Shown here piece by piece: positions 46,970 through 49,362 of a stretch of 49,362 bases of DNA. This stretch comes from Actinomycetota bacterium (GTDB lineage Bacteria > Planctomycetota > Phycisphaerae > JAACET01). The notes under the pieces were generated by a model, which saw only the letters and a list, made by a program, of their open reading frames with translations, made no database searches and had not been told where the DNA came from. The translations under genes were made by a program, and so were the position numbers. The DNA lies in contig JAACET010000001.1 of assembly GCA_011682385.1 (NCBI GenBank), positions 1-49,362 on the forward strand, in the 5' to 3' direction. Position 1 is the stretch's first letter, and every line of letters starts with the position of its first letter.

Positions 46970-47955
46970 AGCCTCTGCGTGTCGGCCTCGTCGGTGCCGG
47001 ACGCATGGGGCGGTTGCACGCCCGGGTCTATTCCGAGCTGCCGGACGTGCAATTAATTGGCCTTGTCGATATTGATTCAGCCCGCCTCGCATCTCTAGCC
47101 CAGCGTTATGGAACCAGGTCCTTCACCAATCCCCAACAGCTCGTCGGCCAAGTACAGGCCGTCAGCATTGCCTCTCCCACCGACACGCACCTTCAAATCG
47201 CCGGCTTATTCCTAGCCCAAGGCATCCCCGCGCTGATTGAAAAACCCTTGGCCCCCTCAGCCGAGCAGGCCGAGCAGTTGGTTTCCTTGGCCCAGCGGCA
47301 CAATACCTTTATTCAGGTCGGCCATTCCGAGCGGTTTAATCCAGCCGTCAGGGCCTTGGACGGCTACGATCTTTCGCCCCGTTTTATTGAGGTCGTACGT
47401 GTTTCGCCGTTTCCTTTTCGTTCTATGGATGTCGGTGTCGTCCTTGACATGATGATCCACGACATTGACCTTGTCTTGCATTTCGTCGGTTCTGAGCCCG
47501 TCGCTATCGACGCTGTCGGTGCCGGCGTATTGGCTGAGCATGAGGATTTGGCCAACGTTCGGTTGCGTTTTGCCAATGGCTGCGTAGCCAACCTGAGCTG
47601 TTCGCGTTTAGCTTTGGCTACTCAGCGTACCTTTCGGATTTTTTCCGATGATTTGTATATTTCTCTAGACCTGCACGCCAAGGCTGGCTTTGTGGTTGAT
47701 AAGTTTCAGAATACCGACCGCATAAAACAGGCCTTGACCAAAGTCAACGGCCCTGCCCCCGATTGGACCCAGCTTGTCCAGGCCACCCCTTTGGTTCTCG
47801 ACGATGCCGAGCCCATGCGTCTGCAACTGGAGAATTTCACCAACTGCGTACGCACAGGTGCAGCGCCCGTTGTCAGCGGCTCCGACGGTGCTGCCGCCGT
47901 CTCTGTTGCCGAGGCCATCGTCGAGGCTATCAAGACGCATTCTCAGGCCAATTAA
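46966..47955 (+). CDS. Gfo/Idh/MocA oxidoreductase, GnnA-like
   Basis: GAG.MG..HAR, EKP, QVGH.ERFNPA, R..PF..RS.DV.VVLD.MIHDID. GTGA overlap with the lpxA stop codon. Confidence 0.85.
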   Translation: MKPLRVGLVGAGRMGRLHARVYSELPDVQLIGLVDIDSARLASLAQRYGTRSFTNPQQLVGQVQAVSIASPTDTHLQIAGLFLAQGIPALIEKPLAPSAEQAEQLVSLAQRHNTFIQVGHSERFNPAVRALDGYDLSPRFIEVVRVSPFPFRSMDVGVVLDMMIHDIDLVLHFVGSEPVAIDAVGAGVLAEHEDLANVRLRFANGCVANLSCSRLALATQRTFRIFSDDLYISLDLHAKAGFVVDKFQNTDRIKQALTKVNGPAPDWTQLVQATPLVLDDAEPMRLQLENFTNCVRTGAAPVVSGSDGAAAVSVAEAIVEAIKTHSQAN

Positions 47956-48355
47956 ACCCTTGTTTGCCGTCCAGCACCACCCAGCTGCGCATGTCGCGTT
48001 TGTCTATCCGGAACGGTTCCGCTAAGGCCCGCACATTTTCCAGAAAGATCAGAGTGCAGTAACGGCATTCTCTCCTTGATTGCCAGAATTGCTCTTGGGC
48101 CATTATTTCTTCGCCGTATTCCCAGCGTATCGTTTCCAGGTCCTTCGGATCATTGATTTGCCGATAGACTACTTTTTCCACCTGTCCCACAGCCAACACC
48201 AGTCCCGAAGATTCTTTTAGATATATCTGTTCACCTTTGGCTATGGATTTGAAGGGCGGCTTGGGTGTCCGCGTCAGCCGACACTCGATGGTTTTGACCC
48301 CCTCTACGATCAATCGCAGGTAGACTGGCTTAAGAATCGCCAGATGATCAGACAT
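47930..48355 (-). CDS. ASCH domain protein
   Basis: HLAI....Y...I..G.KT.E.R ASCH motif; C-terminal D.R.WVVL. Confidence 0.8.
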   Translation of the reverse strand: MSDHLAILKPVYLRLIVEGVKTIECRLTRTPKPPFKSIAKGEQIYLKESSGLVLAVGQVEKVVYRQINDPKDLETIRWEYGEEIMAQEQFWQSRRECRYCTLIFLENVRALAEPFRIDKRDMRSWVVLDGKQGFNWPENAS

Positions 48356-48441
48356 TGCGTTTGTCCCCCGGATACTTCTTCTCTGTCATTGGACACTTTG
48401 TGAAGCATCTTTCAGAGATGTGAAATTCAGGTCTTTCTTCT

Positions 48442-48554
48442 TTTCAAATCTGAAATCTCAAATTTCTTTTTTTCTCTATGTTTTTCTTCGTGAACTTCGT
48501 GTCCTTCGTGGTGAGTTCTTTCTGTTTCTTCCTCAGGTCTCAAGCCTCAGGCCT
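48442..48554. repeat. Three adjacent degenerate short tandem repeat triplets
   Basis: TTTCAAA/TCTGAAA/TCTCAAA (48442-48462); CTTCGTGAA/CTTCGTGTC/CTTCGTGGT (48486-48512); CCTCAGG/TCTCAAG/CCTCAGG (48531-48551). Confidence 0.6.
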
Positions 48555-49105
48555 TTCTTTTTTCGCATAGTTGAACAGCCCGCCTGCTTCGATGATTCCC
48601 GCAACGTCCCCCATACTGCAAAGCTCGATGGGCTCTTGATCGGCTACGATCATCTTTGGTTTGTTCCCGCTCGTATCGATCCGCACCTCTTGCGGACCGT
48701 CTCGCACAAACGTCGCGGCGTTTCCAGTGGGACTACGTATCCCCCGTTAATCGCATTGCGGAAGAATATGCGGGCATACGATTCCGCTATTACCGCTTTT
48801 ACCCCCGCCTCAGCCAGTGCCAGAGGCGCATGTTCCCGACTGGACCCACAGCCAAAGTTTTTGCCGGCCACGATAATCTTGAATTCGCTTTGGTTATTTT
48901 CTTCGCGCTCCTGATCTACGAACGCGATATTCCCATCTGGCAGTCCCGCCTGTTCCGTCGGCACCCCGCTCATGGCAAATCTGCCGAAGAGTTTCCGCTC
49001 AGCCGCTATGGTCGGATCGTACTTCAGATAGCCCGCTGGAATAATCTGATCCGTATCGATGTTATCGCCCAGCACATATACTTTGCCGCGTATTACTTTG
49101 TCCAT
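48540..49105 (-). pseudogene. leuD: 3-isopropylmalate dehydratase small subunit, frameshifted near 48690
   Basis: GDNIDTDQIIPA, AGKNFGCGSSREHAP.AL, AESYARIFFRN.IN.G. This frame stops at 48650, while the expected C-terminus (GDVAGIIEAGGLFNYA) lies in another frame ending at TGA 48540. Confidence 0.8.
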
Positions 49106-49116
49106 TTGCACACCTT

Positions 49117-49362
49117 TTATATATCTCGCGGATCGGTGATACTTCCCCTGATTGCCGTTGCTGCAGCAGTCATCGGAGATGCTAAAAACACCTCAGCCTT
49201 TTTATGTCCCATTCTGCCCGGGAAGTTCCGATTGGTCGTGCTTAAGCAGCGCATCGGTTCGTTTACTCGCCCGAACGTATCTTCCGGTCCTCCCAGGCAG
49301 GCCGCGCAGGATGGCCGACCGATCGTAGCCCCAGCCTGTTCGAATATTTCCCGCAGTGATTT
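49117..49362 (-). CDS. leuC: 3-isopropylmalate dehydratase large subunit, C-terminal part (runs off window edge)
   Basis: Hand translation IFEQAGATIGRPSCAACLGGPEDTFGR...STTNRNFPGRMGH...LASPMTAAATAI.G.ITDPR. Not in the ORF track. Confidence 0.92.
   Translation of the reverse strand, partial: KSLREIFEQAGATIGRPSCAACLGGPEDTFGRVNEPMRCLSTTNRNFPGRMGHKKAEVFLASPMTAAATAIRGSITDPRDI

Noticed and set aside
48420-48914. 164-aa + strand ORF
   Set aside because: Phe-rich translation of a repeat-containing spacer plus the antisense of leuD.
1-49362. CRISPR array, rRNA, transposase, prophage or defence genes
   Set aside because: No regularly spaced repeat-spacer array and no such gene motifs were seen.

Overview
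Chromosomal window from a diderm, probably anaerobic bacterium. The gene set (PEP-CTERM proteins, EDGPT-type Flp pilin, Cys-poor DksA, LpxC-FabZ fusion, a small LVKG...FDWFDAAVLS protein) points to Planctomycetota, probably Phycisphaerae (inference). Most of it is housekeeping DNA, mainly on the + strand. In order: purD (partial, -); DUF502-hpf-PTS IIA-HPr-EI; TIGR03936 protein and RNase E/G; dksA-lspA (-); argG-fdhD; gltX-glnS-pfkB-thpR-recA; an AcsE-like methyltransferase (-); DUF374-lpxB-nnrE; xerC; glucose dehydrogenase; a transglutaminase-like protein; TolC and a carbonic-anhydrase-like gene (-); tRNA-Pro(CGG) and tRNA-Gln(UUG); glmU-prs-rplY-pth-rpsF-ssb-rpsR-rplI-dnaB-bamA-skp-lpxD-lpxC/fabZ-lpxA-gnnA-like; then ASCH, a frameshifted leuD and partial leuC (-). 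The main accessory block (about 10.3-16.7 kb) is a surface-structure islet. It has two TadG-like genes with unrelated C-terminal domains, each preceded by a copy of a ~245-bp non-coding direct repeat (~91% identical by hand alignment), plus two PEP-CTERM genes and an Flp pilin. A GGCATCC-N12-TATTA motif in both repeats recurs upstream of the oppositely oriented flp gene, suggesting a dispersed Tad regulon; this is the best candidate for an undescribed system. Other notable items are four sigma28-like GCCGATA boxes upstream of a small gene and xerC, three candidate structured RNAs, a 161-bp MITE-like palindrome and small REP-like palindromes. No CRISPR array, transposase or prophage gene was seen.
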